Shown piece by piece: positions 1-14,867 of a stretch of 64,000 nucleotides of DNA (the first letter of the stretch is position 1; each line of letters opens with the position of its first letter). The stretch lies in the NCBI RefSeq assembly GCF_009914755.1, contig NC_060928.1. One strand, 5' to 3'. Source of the DNA: the human T2T-CHM13v2.0 reference genome, Homo sapiens. Below the pieces are notes generated by a model. That model searched no databases. It saw nothing but the letters and a program-made list of their open reading frames with translations, and was not told where the DNA came from. A program made the position numbers and the translations under genes.

Positions 1-143
1 ACATAGTCCCATTGCAATACTCTATTCACAAAGAAACATTGCTTTCTTTCTTTTAGAGAGTCTCTCTTTATTATTTAGGTTGACACTTACTGTGGATTGC
101 CATCAAAAAAATCTGAGAGACACTACGTTCAAGAGTTTTGATA

Positions 144-421
<278 letters not shown>

Positions 422-519
422 AAGAGTTCAGATAACATAAAAATTGTCTTAATTATATAAAAATAAAGTAACATAAATGAATATTCTCAGATAAACAAAA
501 ATAGCATGCCCCATTTAAT

Positions 520-993
520 AGATTGATTGCTCTATTGGCCCTAATTATTTACTATTCTGTATGTACATCCTATGCCACAAAACTTGTAGTACATTCCCAT
601 TCTGACCATGCACTCAGTTTTGTGACTTGATTTGGCCAATGAGAGATTAGCAAATGTGATGTGACTAGAGGCTTGAAAAGCACTTGTGAAATTAGGCTTG
701 CTGTTAACTCTAGTCTTTTGCCATCACTGTGAAAACATGTCCAGGCTAGCCTGCTGGAGGATAAGAATCACATGGTGCAGAGAGAAATGGCCCTCATCTC
801 CCAGCCACGATTATCCTAGACCTGGTGAAGATAGCCAAGCACCCTAGAAAAGATCAGAAGAATCGCTCAGCTGAGCCCAGTCCAAATTGCCCAGCCTGCT
901 AATCATGAATTAAAAAAATCTTCTTTTTATATGCAATGGGGGTTTTGTAGTTGTTTGTTATGGAGCATTATTGTGGCAATAGATAATTTATAT
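520..993 (+). mobile_element. MaLR LTR (MLT1G/H-like)
   Basis: MLT1-type motifs tgtgacttgatttggccaatgag, ccaggctagcctgctgga, cagctgagcccagtccaaattgc, ttgtttgttat...tggcaatagataa. Confidence 0.75.
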
Positions 994-1818
994 ACCAAAT
1001 AGGAGATTTAGCCATTAATAAAATTCATGACAATAATAATCATTGTAATAAAAGATGTATCAATTTTCCAAAGACCATCTCACTTGGTAATCTTGAAAAT
1101 AACTTTTCATCTTTATATTTCACATTTTCTGAGGCCTTTACTAAGGAAAGGGTTTATTTAGTTAATTTAATAGAAGACAAGGTGGCAGAGGAAGTAGATT
1201 TGCTCAAGGTTACTCAACAAGCTTCTGTTACCTGGATTCAGTCTCCCAAGAATTCTCTTTATCAGAACAGTCTGCAAGTTGCTGACCTCTCCCATCTTCC
1301 AAAATGAAAAGCCTGATTCCTACCCATTCTTCTGGATCTACCTAAATTTTCATAAAAGTTCCTGTGGGATGTCAGTTTGAATAATTAGAATTGACATTTT
1401 GCTTACAAGCAAAATAGAGGCTCTTTCCTCAGGAAACCACAATGACATTAATATCCTCTGAGAGCATTCTGTCCTCCAAATAACCTGATTTGTTTTCCCT
1501 AAATTTTCATTTTCATTTGATCATTAAAAATGAGTTATTCTTTGTAATAGGAAACCTGTGATTCTCTTGAATAGTTGAGTTTGACCTGTTGGTTATCACA
1601 GCAAGATCCTGGTGCCATTTGCTCACTGGACATTCAGTTTTCAGGTGCTACCAGTTATTCCTGCCCCTAAGAATGAATATTCACCTTAGCCAATGATGAA
1701 GGCATGGAGAATGGCAAAGTGGTAGTGGAAGTGGGAGTGGGGAGCTTTGAGGTTGCTTTTACGGAATCCATATCAGTAGGTTAAGAAAACATCCATTGTC
1801 CATATTAAAGAATTGTGT

Positions 1819-1821
<3 letters not shown>

Positions 1822-1868
<47 letters not shown>
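1822..1868. repeat. (TG)n microsatellite
   Basis: Uninterrupted TG run of about 23 units. Confidence 0.98.
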
Positions 1869-1870
<2 letters not shown>

Positions 1871-3244
1871 TTATGTATGTCGATAGGAGAGAAATGGAAC
1901 ATAGGGCAAAATCCTTGAAAGCCCCCCCTTGGTGCCAGCAACCTCCATCAGAGAGACCTGATAATTTATGAATCAGAAATAGCCCCAAATACCCTGAGTC
2001 TTATTGATAATGGGGCTAGTAAGCAATAACTTCATGTATGTCTCAGGTATATTTCAATGTCACGTTTATGATCCCGAAAGAAAGGACATCTGGGGGGACA
2101 CCTGCTATGTATTGGTCAGTATTTTGGGTGCTGGAGAGATACAAACAAATAAGACTCAATCCTAAACTAAGAGGACCTAGTCTGCAATTGGTTGATGTGT
2201 TTGTCTCTGTGACACCAGAGAAGAGGTCAGTGTTTTGGCTCTATGATGACTTCATTTCAAAAGCCCAATGGAGCTTCTTCCTCCCCTTAAAATTTATCTG
2301 ATTCCTTGATAGCTTGGTTGTTGTTTATGTCTTCTGGTGCTTTTACTTTGAGCTGTTCTGGGGTTTGCATTTGGCACAAGTAAATATTGAATGAAAAGTA
2401 TTCATTAAATAAAGATAGAAACAATGATTTTTTTAATGTCTCAAAATGAACGATCAGTTGGTTTGACAGAATTCGCAGAAGACAGTACATGTGTTTGTGT
2501 GCACACAAAAATACATTCAAGAATCAGATCTGATATATATTTTTAAGAACACAAGTACTTTTTCAGCTGAGGATCTAAGGTTGACTTGAATCAAAATTTG
2601 ACTTACATTTCCCCTAGTGCTTAAAGCTTGATTCGAAGCTTAAATACTTGGGTTCAAAGTACTTCAGCATTTAACAAAATCCTTTGGATTCCATCAAAAT
2701 AGTAGATTAAGTATGCTTACTTCAATCCCCTGCCTCACAAAATGCGACTGCAAATCTATTTTAATGAATGTTTCACATAAGTCTTTTCTTGAGAAATGAT
2801 TAGTAGGAAAGTTTAAGACAATCAATTTTAGTTAGAAAAGCAAAACATTTCTGAACGAATTTAAAATAAGATTTGTTTTATTAAGGGTGTTTTTTAAATC
2901 AACCTTGAAATCATGTAAGTTATAGGAAAATGAAATTTAAAAGAACATTTTTGCCGTCATGGTGCACTTAAGTATTTTTAAAATATGTTAGTTGTCATTT
3001 TTTATGTTGTTATACATTTATTATTTTTATGAAATAAAGTGGCACTCATAATGAGGTCACTATTTAGTGATCCATTATCACATTATCACCAATAATTATA
3101 ATCACTGAGTGGTACACACATGTATCATACACATTTTTGTTTAGGGTTAGATTATTTTTACTCTAAGTGCCTGTAATCTATTCAACCTCATAAAATTCAT
3201 ACAGGATTTAAAAATAATCAATATAAATATTTCCTGAATATAGG

Positions 3245-3709
3245 TGTGATGGTTAATACTGAGTGTCAAGTTGATTGGATTGAAGGATGCAAAGTATTGA
3301 TCTTGGGTGTGTCTGTGAGGGTGCTAATATTTGAGTCAGTGGGCTGGGAAAGGCAGATCCACCCTTAATCTGGGTGGGCTCCATCTAGTCAGCTGCCAGA
3401 ACAGCCAGAATATAAAGCAAGCAGAAAAACATAAAAAGACTAGACTGGCCTAGCCTCCCAGCCTACATCTTTCTCCCATGCTGGATGCTTCCTGCCCTCA
3501 AACATCAGACTCTGCGTTCTTCAATTTTGGGACTCAGACTCATTCTCCTTGCTCCTCAGCTTGCAGTTGACCTGTTGTGGGACCTTGTGATCATGTGAGT
3601 TAATACTTAATAAACTCCCCTTTATATATATGTACATATATATACACATACACACATATATATATATATCTCTCCAATTAGTTCTGTCCTTCTAGAGAAA
3701 CCTAATATA
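3245..3709 (+). mobile_element. ERVL solo LTR (MLT2A-like)
   Basis: Starts TGTGATGGTTAATACTGAGTGTCAA, ends gttctgtccttctagagaaacctaatata; perfect 5-bp TSD ATAGG at 3240-3244 and 3710-3714; internal (TA)n. Confidence 0.93.
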
Positions 3710-4529
3710 ATAGGTATAATTTATTATCATGTATTCCAATATTATCTTCTACTTTTGAGGAGACCAGAGGGTTGTGTGATCATGTAGAAAAATGTAACTA
3801 AAATATAGTAGAGCTGGAAAGAACCCAACATAATCCAAGTCCTTCATTTAACACAGGAGATGACTTGACTCATAAAAGTTAAGTGATTTCTTGACCATTC
3901 TAACCTCATATACTAAGACAATTTCAGAAATGTTCATCCTGGAGATGGCAGTTGGAGTAACTTACACATAATTGCCTCTGCTGAGTCTTTTACCAAGCAC
4001 TTTTGAACTTCCCAGAGTACAGTACAAGGGTAAAATGTCAGGCTACATATGGGAGCTAGGAGTGGGTAGTTTGGCTGATGTGTAACTATGATGTGTTCTT
4101 CATTACTCATGTAATACTCATGCTGCCAAGAGCTCACACCAGAGACTAAACTAAGAAAGGAGAGCACCAGAAAGGATAGCAAACAACTCCACTGGAGATA
4201 GCATGCTGGCTCTACACTGGCAAATATTGACTTAGAGATCAAACTTTTTGCTAGAACCGTTAGGTGATATTAGTTTCTGAATCAGAGGGTTTCACACCTG
4301 TGTGCCACTCAAAACCAGGTGTGTGGAATAACCCGGACAAGACTAAGGTTTATGAATGTCATTAGTGAGATGCCGAGATAGTGTCCCCGGTTCACGATCA
4401 ATTATGATAACATTGTGAAAATTGTCTTTCAGGAGGCTGGCAGTCAGAACAAGCTTCTTCAAGAGAAATTCCATATTAAAAATTGCCAGCATTCATATGA
4501 CTAGTTGAATTGGGTTTTTAGGTGAGGAG

Positions 4530-4730
4530 GCAGTGCAGGATAGTAGAAAGGACCTAGGCTTTCAAGGGAAACAAACCTGAATTGAACCTTAACTCTACCG
4601 CATGGTGATTGTGTGGCTTGTCTGTAAAATGGGAATAATGATACTGCTCTGTCAGCATGGTTTTAAGAATTAGAGGCAGGTATATACAAGGTATATAGTC
4701 GATGCTCAGTGAGTGGTAGTCTTTATTAAT
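4530..4730 (+). mobile_element. MIR
   Basis: aggcagtgcagga... start and core tctgtaaaatgggaataatgatact. Confidence 0.65.
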
Positions 4731-4791
4731 TTTCCCCCATCCATTTGAAGAAGGACAATAATAGTACATGGGCTCCCATCATTAAGCCATT

Positions 4792-5077
4792 ATTATTATT
4801 ATCATTATTTGGGAGACAGGGTCTTGCTGTGTTGCTCAGGCTGGAGTGCAGTGATGCAATTATAGCTCGCTGTAACCTTGAACTTCTGGGCTCAAATGAT
4901 CCTCCTACTTTAGCCTCTTGAGTAGCTAGGACTATAGGCGCACACCATCATGGTTAGCTAATCTTTTAGTTTTTTGTAGAGACAGGATTTCACTATATTG
5001 CCCAGGCTGGTCTTGAACTCCTGGCCTCAAGGGATCCTCTTGCCTCAGCCTCCCGAAACATACACTGTACCCGGCCC
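4792..5077 (-). mobile_element. Alu (AluJ-like)
   Basis: gagacagggtcttgctgtgttgctcaggctggagtgcagtg...cccggcc with (TTA)n tail. Confidence 0.92.
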
Positions 5078-5084
5078 TGAACCT

Positions 5085-5300
5085 TTATTAGATGTCAGGC
5101 AAGAATTTAATAAACAATCTTTTTGAGTTCTTCACAACAACCCTATGGACTAAATATTATTGATGTAATTTGTCATAAACAGGAAACTTGGACTTGCTAA
5201 GTTTATGTAACATACCAAGGTCAAGGACACTTGGAAAGTAAGATACAGAGGCAGGGTTCCAACCCGGGTCTATCCAGCCTTTCCCTACCATTCTACACCC
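5085..5300 (-). mobile_element. MIR
   Basis: ttcacaacaaccctatg...aggaaact...caaggtca...gcagggttccaacccgggtct. Confidence 0.6.
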
Positions 5301-6589
5301 TCTCTCATATCCTTTGGAGTCAGGAGACTGATTCTGCTCCATAGATGGTCCTTCTTTCCATGTCTGTTTAGGCTGAAAAGAAAGACATGCATGATTAACT
5401 AATAAAAATGTCTTTAAAATCTCAGAACTAACTCTTTAAAATGAATGTGAGGGGGAAATGTTCCAAATTTCTGCAGCTTTTAGTTGAGATCCTCAGAAAC
5501 CAAGGTGAAACTAGAAGACAGTGAGACAGATGTTTGACTTTTAGCTTAAACAGTGAAATTTTTAGTGCTCTGTGTTTGTTTTAGAACATATTTTATAGTG
5601 GTTGTTCTTAAAATGATGAGAAGATAGAAATCTCTTTTAGCGTTTGGAAACACTTATTTTTCATTTTCGTTTGAGTTACAATGTTACAATTGGCTTTAGA
5701 AGATAAAGTTTTTAAGACATTTACCCTAACTTCCGATGTTAGCTGATTTCCATTAGCTCTGCTGTAGTAGAATTCAGGTAAACACAATTTTATTTCATGC
5801 CTTCCGTTAACAAAGTCAAGTCAAAAGATGAAAACATACAAGGTCATGTTCCTTTCAGTCTGACAAAGCATTTAGCTGGGATTATATTTATTGCCTTGGG
5901 GTTTTCTTGCTTCTAAAAGATTGTTCTTACTTCTTTGGGTTAAGCTGTCTAGTGACACCTTGTTACCTGGATTTGTAGCTGGAGATGGTGGTTGGTTGTT
6001 TTTATACCCCAGGACCTGCAGGGACCTGGCAGGGGGCTCTCCCTTTCTCCCACATCCCTGCAGGTCCTAGGGTGTAAAAACTTTGGGAAAACAGCCTATA
6101 GCAAAACTGCTCACAGCTTAATTAATACAATTGAATATCAATTTGTTACCTTACTGATCTGTCCTTCTCTCAGTGTTACTATAGTTGGAAAGACAAATTA
6201 CAACCAGTTAATCCACCAACAAGTATTTTAGGAACATTTTAAAGGGTATCTAGCAGGCTATTGACACCTTGGCAGTTGCAAGGAAGTGTAGCATACTGGA
6301 ACGAGCAAAGAGTTCCTGGAGAAGAAAGTTTGAGTCTGACGACGATAAGACAGTGGTGCTGCTGTAGATCATGCTGGTGGGGGTACTAACTGCCCATTAC
6401 TGAGCATCTTTCAGGTCTCAGAATTAGTGATCTGTCTGTTTCTAAAACTCACACTCTTTCTAACACACCCTACTTCCTTATAACTGGTGCACCTTCTCCC
6501 GCATGGTACTAACTCTTGGGTCACTTACTGTAATGTTGCATTGTTAGGAAGTAACATGCATGATACAAATGTGATGCCAGAAATGTAAA

Positions 6590-6735
6590 CGACATCCTTC
6601 ACCTCTCGAAACTGCATTTTCCTGGGGATGATCATACCTATGAGATAATTAAAGGGTAGTTGTAAGGATCAAGGAAGAGGTCGATGCAATGTGCCAGGTG
6701 CATGGAAGATGTTTCATAATTAGTAGTAATTATTA
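6590..6735 (+). mobile_element. MIR 3' fragment
   Basis: gggatgatcatacct...gttgtaaggatcaa...gtgccaggtgcatgg, MIR-like tail. Confidence 0.45.
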
Positions 6736-6972
6736 ATATTATTACTATTACTGGACACAGTCTTGCCCTCTAAGAAGTCTCAGTGATGAGAGGAGAGTTT
6801 TAAGAATACAATTAACAGTGACAAGTGCCAGAGAGGAACCAAAAGTTAAAGAAAATATGACTCAAGAAAATAAGACTCAAATATTGCTTTGTTAGCTCAG
6901 AGTTTTTGGAAAAGGAACTCAGGGAAGTCATGAGGCTGGGCATGAAGAACTCACTGAAAATTCATACACCTT

Positions 6973-7282
6973 CGCTGGGGGTGGTGGCTCATTCCTGTAA
7001 TCTCAGCACTTTGGGAGGCTGAGGTGGGAGAATTGCTTGAGCCCAGGAGTTCGAAATAAGCCTGGGCAAAACGACAAAATTCTGCCTCTACAAAAAATAC
7101 AAAAATTACCAGACATGGTGGTGCACGTCTGTGGTTTCAGTTACTTGGGTGTTTAAGGTGGGAGGATTGCTTGAGCCCAGGTGCTTGAGGCTGCAGTGAG
7201 CTGTGATCATGCCACTGCACTCAGCTTGGGCAACACAGCAAGACCTTGTCTCAAAAAATAAAAAAAACAACAACAATAAAAA
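6973..7282 (+). mobile_element. Alu (AluJ-like)
   Basis: Full dimer with A-rich tail; degenerate TSD aaattcatacac / aaattcacacac. Confidence 0.93.
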
Positions 7283-8312
7283 GAAATTCACACACTCATT
7301 CCTGCACATACAATGCATTAGACAGTGTCTCACAGCATACTCTCTTACTTAGCAGTTTCACCCTGGGGCTGTGTTAAAACTGATTTCCGAGCCTCCTCTC
7401 CCTGGTCTTTGGGTAGCTCCATTTACGTTTCTGGGACGACTCAGCCCCATTTTTCTGTCCAACTGGTCCTGCTGAAGCCACTAGTGATGGCTTCTCTTCC
7501 ACAGAGGAAAGGCTGAATATATTGAAGCTGTCTTAAATCATAGCCTCGTGGTTCGTAAGTAGCAAACTCTGAAAAGTTAGAGTCCACCAAATGCTGTACA
7601 AACAGACTGAACTGATGAGAACTATGTCTCTGCCACCTGTTAACTGTAATTGTCATTAGCTTTGTTGTCTGGTTTGTTGACAGCGGACTAAGAGACATCC
7701 AAATGCTGCTCTATTCTGCCTCTGCAATTGTTTCAGCAAATCTCAGCACTGTACTTGTTTTCGTCTTTGTTAGTTAAGAATAAATTTAAATTATGTAAAC
7801 AAAATCTTGCTTCTCTTGATTATTTCAGCTTTTCTGTCTTTCCCCTGGACTGCTCTAAATCTGCATGAGAACAACACTGGGCCTCAGAAGCCCCTTTGTA
7901 GAGATATCTCAACTAACACTACTGAAAAACAGCTCATAGGTGGCATCTATTTATTTGTTTGTCATATCGAGTTTAAAAAATAGGTAATACGTGTTCATAG
8001 TAAAGTTTTCAAATGGAAAAAAAGGGTTTGTAGTAAAAAGTAGGTTTCCTTTCCCAATTTCCCTTCTAACTTTTTTTTACAGCATGTTTGTGGTATGATA
8101 CAATCCGATCTGAGCACAGATGAAATTTGAGGTTTCGTGTTGCAGAAAACTTTATCAATGCTGTCAGTTTACAACTATGAATATATTGAACTTACTGACA
8201 AGGAGTGTTCCCTGTACTGAAATATGACAGCAGCAGCAACAGACAGGAAAGAAAGCAGAGGGAGAAAAGAGAGCACATTAGAGGTGGGTGAAGACAACAT
8301 CCAACTTTTCCA

Positions 8313-8624
<312 letters not shown>

Positions 8625-8956
8625 GTAACTTTCCCATTCTAAGCTGGCATGTGACCAGCTCGTGAAAGGACTGATTAGGGAGCTTCATGGTGAAACGTAC
8701 CATGGAAGTCAGATTCCACCCCCATGGAACTTTAGGGAAATCACCACCAAAGTCCTCTGCTCCAGCTTTGCAAAATAATTTCAAAAGTTATTTTGAAAAC
8801 AAAATCTACATAGTCATCAGAATTTCAAGTAACCACTCACATTTCCCTGGCTGTCCTGAAACTCTTATTACCACTTCACAGCATGAAACCAAGAATAGAA
8901 AAATGTGTTTACAATGCTTACCCATAGGTTTTTCTTCCAAATACCTATTCTCATTT

Positions 8957-8978
8957 AAAAAAAAAAAAAAAAAAAAAC
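8957..8978. repeat. poly(A) run
   Basis: About 21 consecutive A. Confidence 0.9.
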
Positions 8979-9362
8979 TAAACTGAAAACAAACAAACAG
9001 ATGAAAACTCCAAAAGTCAAAGAAAAGCCTCAAGAGTCCTTCTGTGCCCCAGGATGCTCTTAATTTCTTTACAAGCCTGACTTCCTTGGGTCTCCTGCAT
9101 TAGGTTCAGGGTAAGTACAGACCAACTGTTTATTTGTTTGTCGTTTACCTGCACAAAAGTATTTTGACGGAGATGGTCACTGGAAGTTCAATTAGACGCC
9201 TGCTAATGGTAAAAGATACCATTTCCAAATTTAAATATTTCACACATGGATCATAAATGATAAATTTTACTCTCACCTACCACCACTCCCTTCATCTTCC
9301 CTAAATTCTCCAGGCTTTGGAAATCCCCAGTAGAGCTAACAAACCTGCAAAACCTAATGAAA

Positions 9363-9677
9363 GCTAGGCGAGGTGGCTCATGCCTATAATCCCAGCACTT
9401 TGGGAGACCATGATTGGAGGATGGCTTGAGCTCAGGAGTTTGAGACCCACTTGGGCAACATAACAAAGCCCTACCTCTACAAAAAATACAAAAGTTAGCC
9501 AGGTGTGGTGGCACAGGTTTATAGTCCTGGGTTCTCAGGAGGCTGAGGTGAGAGAATTACTTGAGCCTGGGAGGTGGAGGCTGCAGTGAGTGGTGATTGC
9601 ACAACTGCACTCCAGCCCAGGAGATAGAGCAAGACCTTGTCTCAAAAAACAAAAGCCAAGAAAACAACAACAAAACA
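9363..9677 (+). mobile_element. Alu (AluJ-like)
   Basis: Dimer with CAA-rich tail; TSD acctaatgaa on both sides. Confidence 0.93.
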
Positions 9678-11250
9678 CACCTAATGAATTTAATCTCAGG
9701 CCAACCAGAACAAAGATTTAATAATTATTAATTCATTATTTAATAAGATAGTTAATAATTTCTATTTCAACAACTCTTCCAAAATGATACATAAATGGTA
9801 CACTATGTATTTGTCAGATTAGGTAGTTTTTTCAATTCTCCATTCTCCATAACCTAGTCCTCTTTTCTTCCCCTATTTTATTTCTAAATGTGCTTAAAAT
9901 TATGTACCTTTCAGTTTACACATAGCCAGGAACTTATACTGGGAGAATTTGCCTCTTCAGCAATATGTCATTCCTGGCATATACATTCCATTTAATTATT
10001 GATTCTAAGTTTCTTGAGGCCAGGGTCTGTGTCTTACTTTACATCACATTCATAGCTTCTAAAGTGCTATGGATTAATGATGCCTGAGTGAGTGGCTAAA
10101 AGGAAATTTAAAACTTGACATACGAAAAGACGGTTTCAAAATTTAGGAAGGTCAAAGGGGCATGACAGACATCAAAGATAATTATAAAAGATTAAAGCAG
10201 CAGCAGAGGGATAATGTATGCCGATTTCTCAGAAAAGCAAGGACCATCACAAATCATTAAAAGTTTCCAATACTTTCTTTTTTAAGTGAGAGGGACTAAA
10301 GCCATCTACTGCTTCTTTCTTTTTAAAGTTTTCAGTTGTAAAAATTAGTCTACCTTCCAAAACATGTTTAGAATATATAAGTTGTCCATCTGCTTCTTTT
10401 GCTACTTATTGGGAAGAATTATGTTCAGGGTCATTAGAAAAGTAATTCCCTCTTGATTTTTCAAGAAAATCCCAGATGTGACCTGCACATTGATAACAGA
10501 GAATTTAGTTTGCCAGCAAGAGCTAAATTGGATTTTGGTTGCATTTTTCAAGTAGAGTTGTTATACTTTCTTCCTTTCTCAAGGACAAATTCAAATATCT
10601 TTTTTCTTCTTGTCCATGACAGTTACCCTGATGGGAAACTCTGCTAGAATGTAAATATTTTGAGATGGTAAAACAAAAACAAAAAACAAACAAACAAGAA
10701 ACAGTTGACATGTTTTTTGAGAATCCACTTGTGAGATCAAAGTATCAAATTCAACTCTGAAATGTCATACCTGGGGATGCAATTATTAGTATACTAATCT
10801 TGCTCTCAAGAATACTACATGAGAGGGGCTGAGTGATTATGCAAACCAGATGCTGTAAATTAAGTCACTTTGTTTAAAATGACCAAGTCTTTAGTGGAAA
10901 TTAATCACTTGAACCCTGGCATTATTTAGACACAAAACAGTATGATCCAATGGTACAAACTGTCAATCATGTACACACAGCATCTATTAATGTTACCTGG
11001 ATGACACTTTACTCTGAATTAATGATAATAAATTTCAATCTGTTAATACAAATGATGGGCCTTATGTATTAAAGTAATTTAAAAGTGAGATAAGGAAATT
11101 ATTATGAAATATATGTTGTCACATAAATTTGCATTTTAACCAAACGCTGGGCTCCATGTGTGATCTGAGGGCAATATTAATAAATTCTCTTTAACTTGAG
11201 TACAACTTCTGAAGCAGAAACTTTTGCCTAAGAGATAAAGTTCTAAAATA

Positions 11251-11537
11251 GGCTGGGCATGGTGGCACACACCTGTAATCCTAGCACTTTGGGAGGCAGA
11301 GGTGGGCATTTAAAGCCAGGAGTTCGAGACTAGCCTGGCCGACATGGTGAAACCCTGTCTGTACTAAAAATACAAAAAGCTAACTGGGTGTGGTGGTGCA
11401 TGCCTGTAATCCCAGCTACTCAGGACACTGAGGCATGATAATCGCTTGAACCCAGAAGGCGGTGGTTGCAGTGAGCCGAGATTGTGTCACTGCACTCCAG
11501 CCTGGGTGAAAGAGTGAGACTCTGTCTCAAAAAAAAA
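11251..11537 (+). mobile_element. Alu (AluS-like)
   Basis: Full dimer; TSD aaagttctaaaata / aaagttctgagata. Confidence 0.95.
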
Positions 11538-11954
11538 GTTCTGAGATAACTTCCAAAGTAAATATAACATGGCCACCACAAATTCAAGAGTGTGATGGCA
11601 TTTAAATTTATTTTCTTCTGAAGTATTTGATGCAATTCAAAAAAAATGACTACATGTTAGGGACTTTAGAAAAAATACTCATATTAAGAAAAACTAGAAG
11701 GAAATTTGCAAAACTGGAAATAGTCATGTTGGGCTGGTAAGATTACAGATGGGTTTTTCTCTTCCAAATTTTTGAATTGTTGTAATAAAAAGAAAATGGC
11801 TCAATTGTGCTCTAGGTCTAGGGTTTGATTGATTGGGTTGGGAGTGCTCTGGGCACTGGCTTTTCCCCTGGAATTGTCTACTGTTTGCAGAAGCTGCTTT
11901 TGTGTTTTTATTAAGACCTAGAGGAAAAGAAGAATAGATATATGTGTGTGTATT

Positions 11955-11958
<4 letters not shown>

Positions 11959-11985
<27 letters not shown>
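11959..11985. repeat. (TG)n microsatellite
   Basis: TG run of about 13 units. Confidence 0.95.
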
Positions 11986-13608
11986 ACATGGTTCTTCCTT
12001 ATAATGCTGCCCTTTTTTCTGTATGAAAAAGGGTATTTTCTTTGTACACATTCTCTTTTTCCTCCTTTGCCTGCTTTCTAGGACAACATGCTGAAAAAAT
12101 ATCAAGACAACAAAAAAATTTTTCTAAATCTGGTTACAAGTAATTATGGTTTCCTGTTCTACATCATTGTACGTGTGTAAAAACAGTGTCATAATCTGTA
12201 GAAATGCACATGATTACCACACCCTTCAGCAGACTTTCTAATCATATTAGTAGGTTAAGGTAATTTTCAAGTCACTTGCACCATGCAATTCAAAGACACC
12301 ACCTTTTGTTTGTGTAAGCAGTCCTCTACATATAGTCATTCTAGGTTAATAAATTTTGGCTTTAAATGTAAAAGTAAAACTGAGAGATAAGATAATATTG
12401 AATAGTGAATGAAGTAGGAAAATATGTATTCAAGTTTTGAATACATATTTGTTTGCTACTCTTAGTCCCTCAACAGGTCTTAGACTCAGTTTCCCCACCT
12501 CTGCAATGGCTATAATGCTCTTACCCTGTCTGTCTCAGAAGATTGATGTGAAAATGCTCTATGAGAACTGGCTGTTATCAATAGGTCTGTGCAGGTCACT
12601 CTGAGTTTCATTTTGTTGTTGTTTTCTCTGAAAACCACAGAAGAAAACCTTCAGCTCTTCTCTCCAAGAACACATCCTAGTCATCCAGCCCAACCTCCTT
12701 TTGTTATGTAGCTCACACACATTTCATCCTTTCTAGTACTACCATTCACAGGCATGGATCTACATGCAATCAGAGACCCCTTAAGCTGCCCGGACATTTA
12801 TTTTCAGTGACTCATGGTGCTCATTGAAACCAGAAGGACCATCATCCAAAGCCACTGTCTCTGGCACTAGTTCTTTCCAGACAAGAGCTCTTTGCTGGCA
12901 GTAGGCTAAATCACCATCTTGCAATCATATTCTATGACCAAAATGTCTCTGGAGGACTTTTAGTTTATTGTCATTTGTGGAAAATAGGAAGCCTGCATGA
13001 GGCTTTCTAAATTCTTAATGTATCAGGTAGGATTTTGAAACAAGTCATAGCTACAGGCAGAAATAGTAAAAAATGAAGCCCAGGTTGACTTATGAAATAC
13101 AGGAACTTGTAGTTGCCTGGACATCAAGCTGCTCCTAGTCTGCCTTTTCAATTTGCCAATATTTTCCCTTAAGCCTTTTGATGTGATTTTGCAGTTGTAG
13201 TTCACAATAAAAGGTAGAGATTTCAGGGTATGTCTTCCTTCCCTTCAAGAATATAGCATAGCAATAGAAACACAGAAAGTTCTTGGTCTATCCATAGGAC
13301 AGAGGCAAAATTCTAGGGGTCTCTGAAATATCAGAGAAGCTGGGAGATGGGAGGCAGATGTTCAACAGGGTTTGGTGGAGCAGGGGAAAACCTTGGTTCT
13401 GGAGGAGGGGAAAGGAATACAGTGCAAAGGAGGCTATGCCCACCTGGTGAGGCACCTTCATGAAGGGTTGTAAATAGGAGCCAGAGGAGAACCGTGTACA
13501 TTTAAATACAAAAATAAAACAAGGAGAACAAAAACAGTTGAATGAATATTTAGTTGGGTGTGGGGACTGAGTTTCTCTGAGTTTAGGATCGTATTAAACT
13601 CACATTAA

Positions 13609-13903
<295 letters not shown>

Positions 13904-14049
13904 AAACTCACAATAGGGCTCGACAGGGTGGGGAAGAGGGGCTAGCATTTCATATTATCTCTATTAAACGTGGGCAAAACAGATCCATTTTCTGTTTACA
14001 TGAAGCATATGGGGGAATAGATTATAGTACAATTAGACAATCACCCAGG

Positions 14050-14330
14050 TTGACCATAATTATAAAATGTGGGAGGTGCCACAATTAAGAGAACACCACT
14101 GTGAGCTAAGAAGAATGCACACTTATCTCACTTACACCTATTCTAGTTGTGGGTCAATAAAAGATTTCTCTAAGGTGGAGACCTTTGGACTGAGACCAGT
14201 AGGATCTCTGGAGGTACAGGAAAGTGAGGAACCTCTTTGTGAGCTGTAGAGTAAGCCAGAGTCCAGAGCAGATGGCCTCAAAGGGACCATTCTGAGACTG
14301 AGAGAGTGATCAGGAGAAAGGTATTCATCA
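14050..14330 (-). mobile_element. L2 fragment
   Basis: Purine-rich L2-like motifs (tcaataaaagatttctctaaggtggagacctttggactgagacc). Confidence 0.5.
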
Positions 14331-14867
14331 TGGATTATGGATTCCTGAGGACAGGGTGGGATCATTTGGAAAGGAAGGAAAGCAAAGCCTTGGGGGGGTG
14401 GTGGGTGAAGGCCTCATCTGCCCATTCCTGCCCCTTTGCAAGGACTTGCTTAAGCAACCCAGTATCTGCGTTTGCTGCATTGTTTACAAAGTACATCTGC
14501 CACTTCTCCAGCTCTTGACGCTTACCTGCATGGCCTTTTGTCAGAAAGACCTGGAAACTCTTAAAAGTAGGTGTGAGTACCCCAGAAAGCTGTAACACTG
14601 AACTTCTTGGAAACTCTAAGAAATGGAAAGAAATTGACCAAAAAGATACTTCTTAGGTGAGGCTGAGGACCAGGGATTTGGGATTCGAGTGACCACTGCC
14701 TCCTGCTGGCAGAAGAGAGATCAAGTGACAGTTCAGAGTTTGGGGCTGAAAAGCCTGTAATTTATACATTGAATCTCAGATCATTCCAATGCACTCAAAT
14801 GGAGAGCACTATATTGGTCTAACGACCAGGAAGTTTCTGCTTTATGTCAATTTTTAGAGAAGAGTTT

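Noticed and set aside
1759-1988. His/Thr-repeat ORFs (also ~11911-12105 and ~36372-36617)
   Set aside because: Translations of (TG)n/(CA)n microsatellites.
3038-3072. Adjacent short inverted repeats (also ~4291-4328 and ~58095-58122)
   Set aside because: Stems are short enough to arise by chance, with no RNA-gene features.
7441-7698. 85-aa minus-strand ORF in unique sequence
   Set aside because: No recognisable homology or convincing splice sites.
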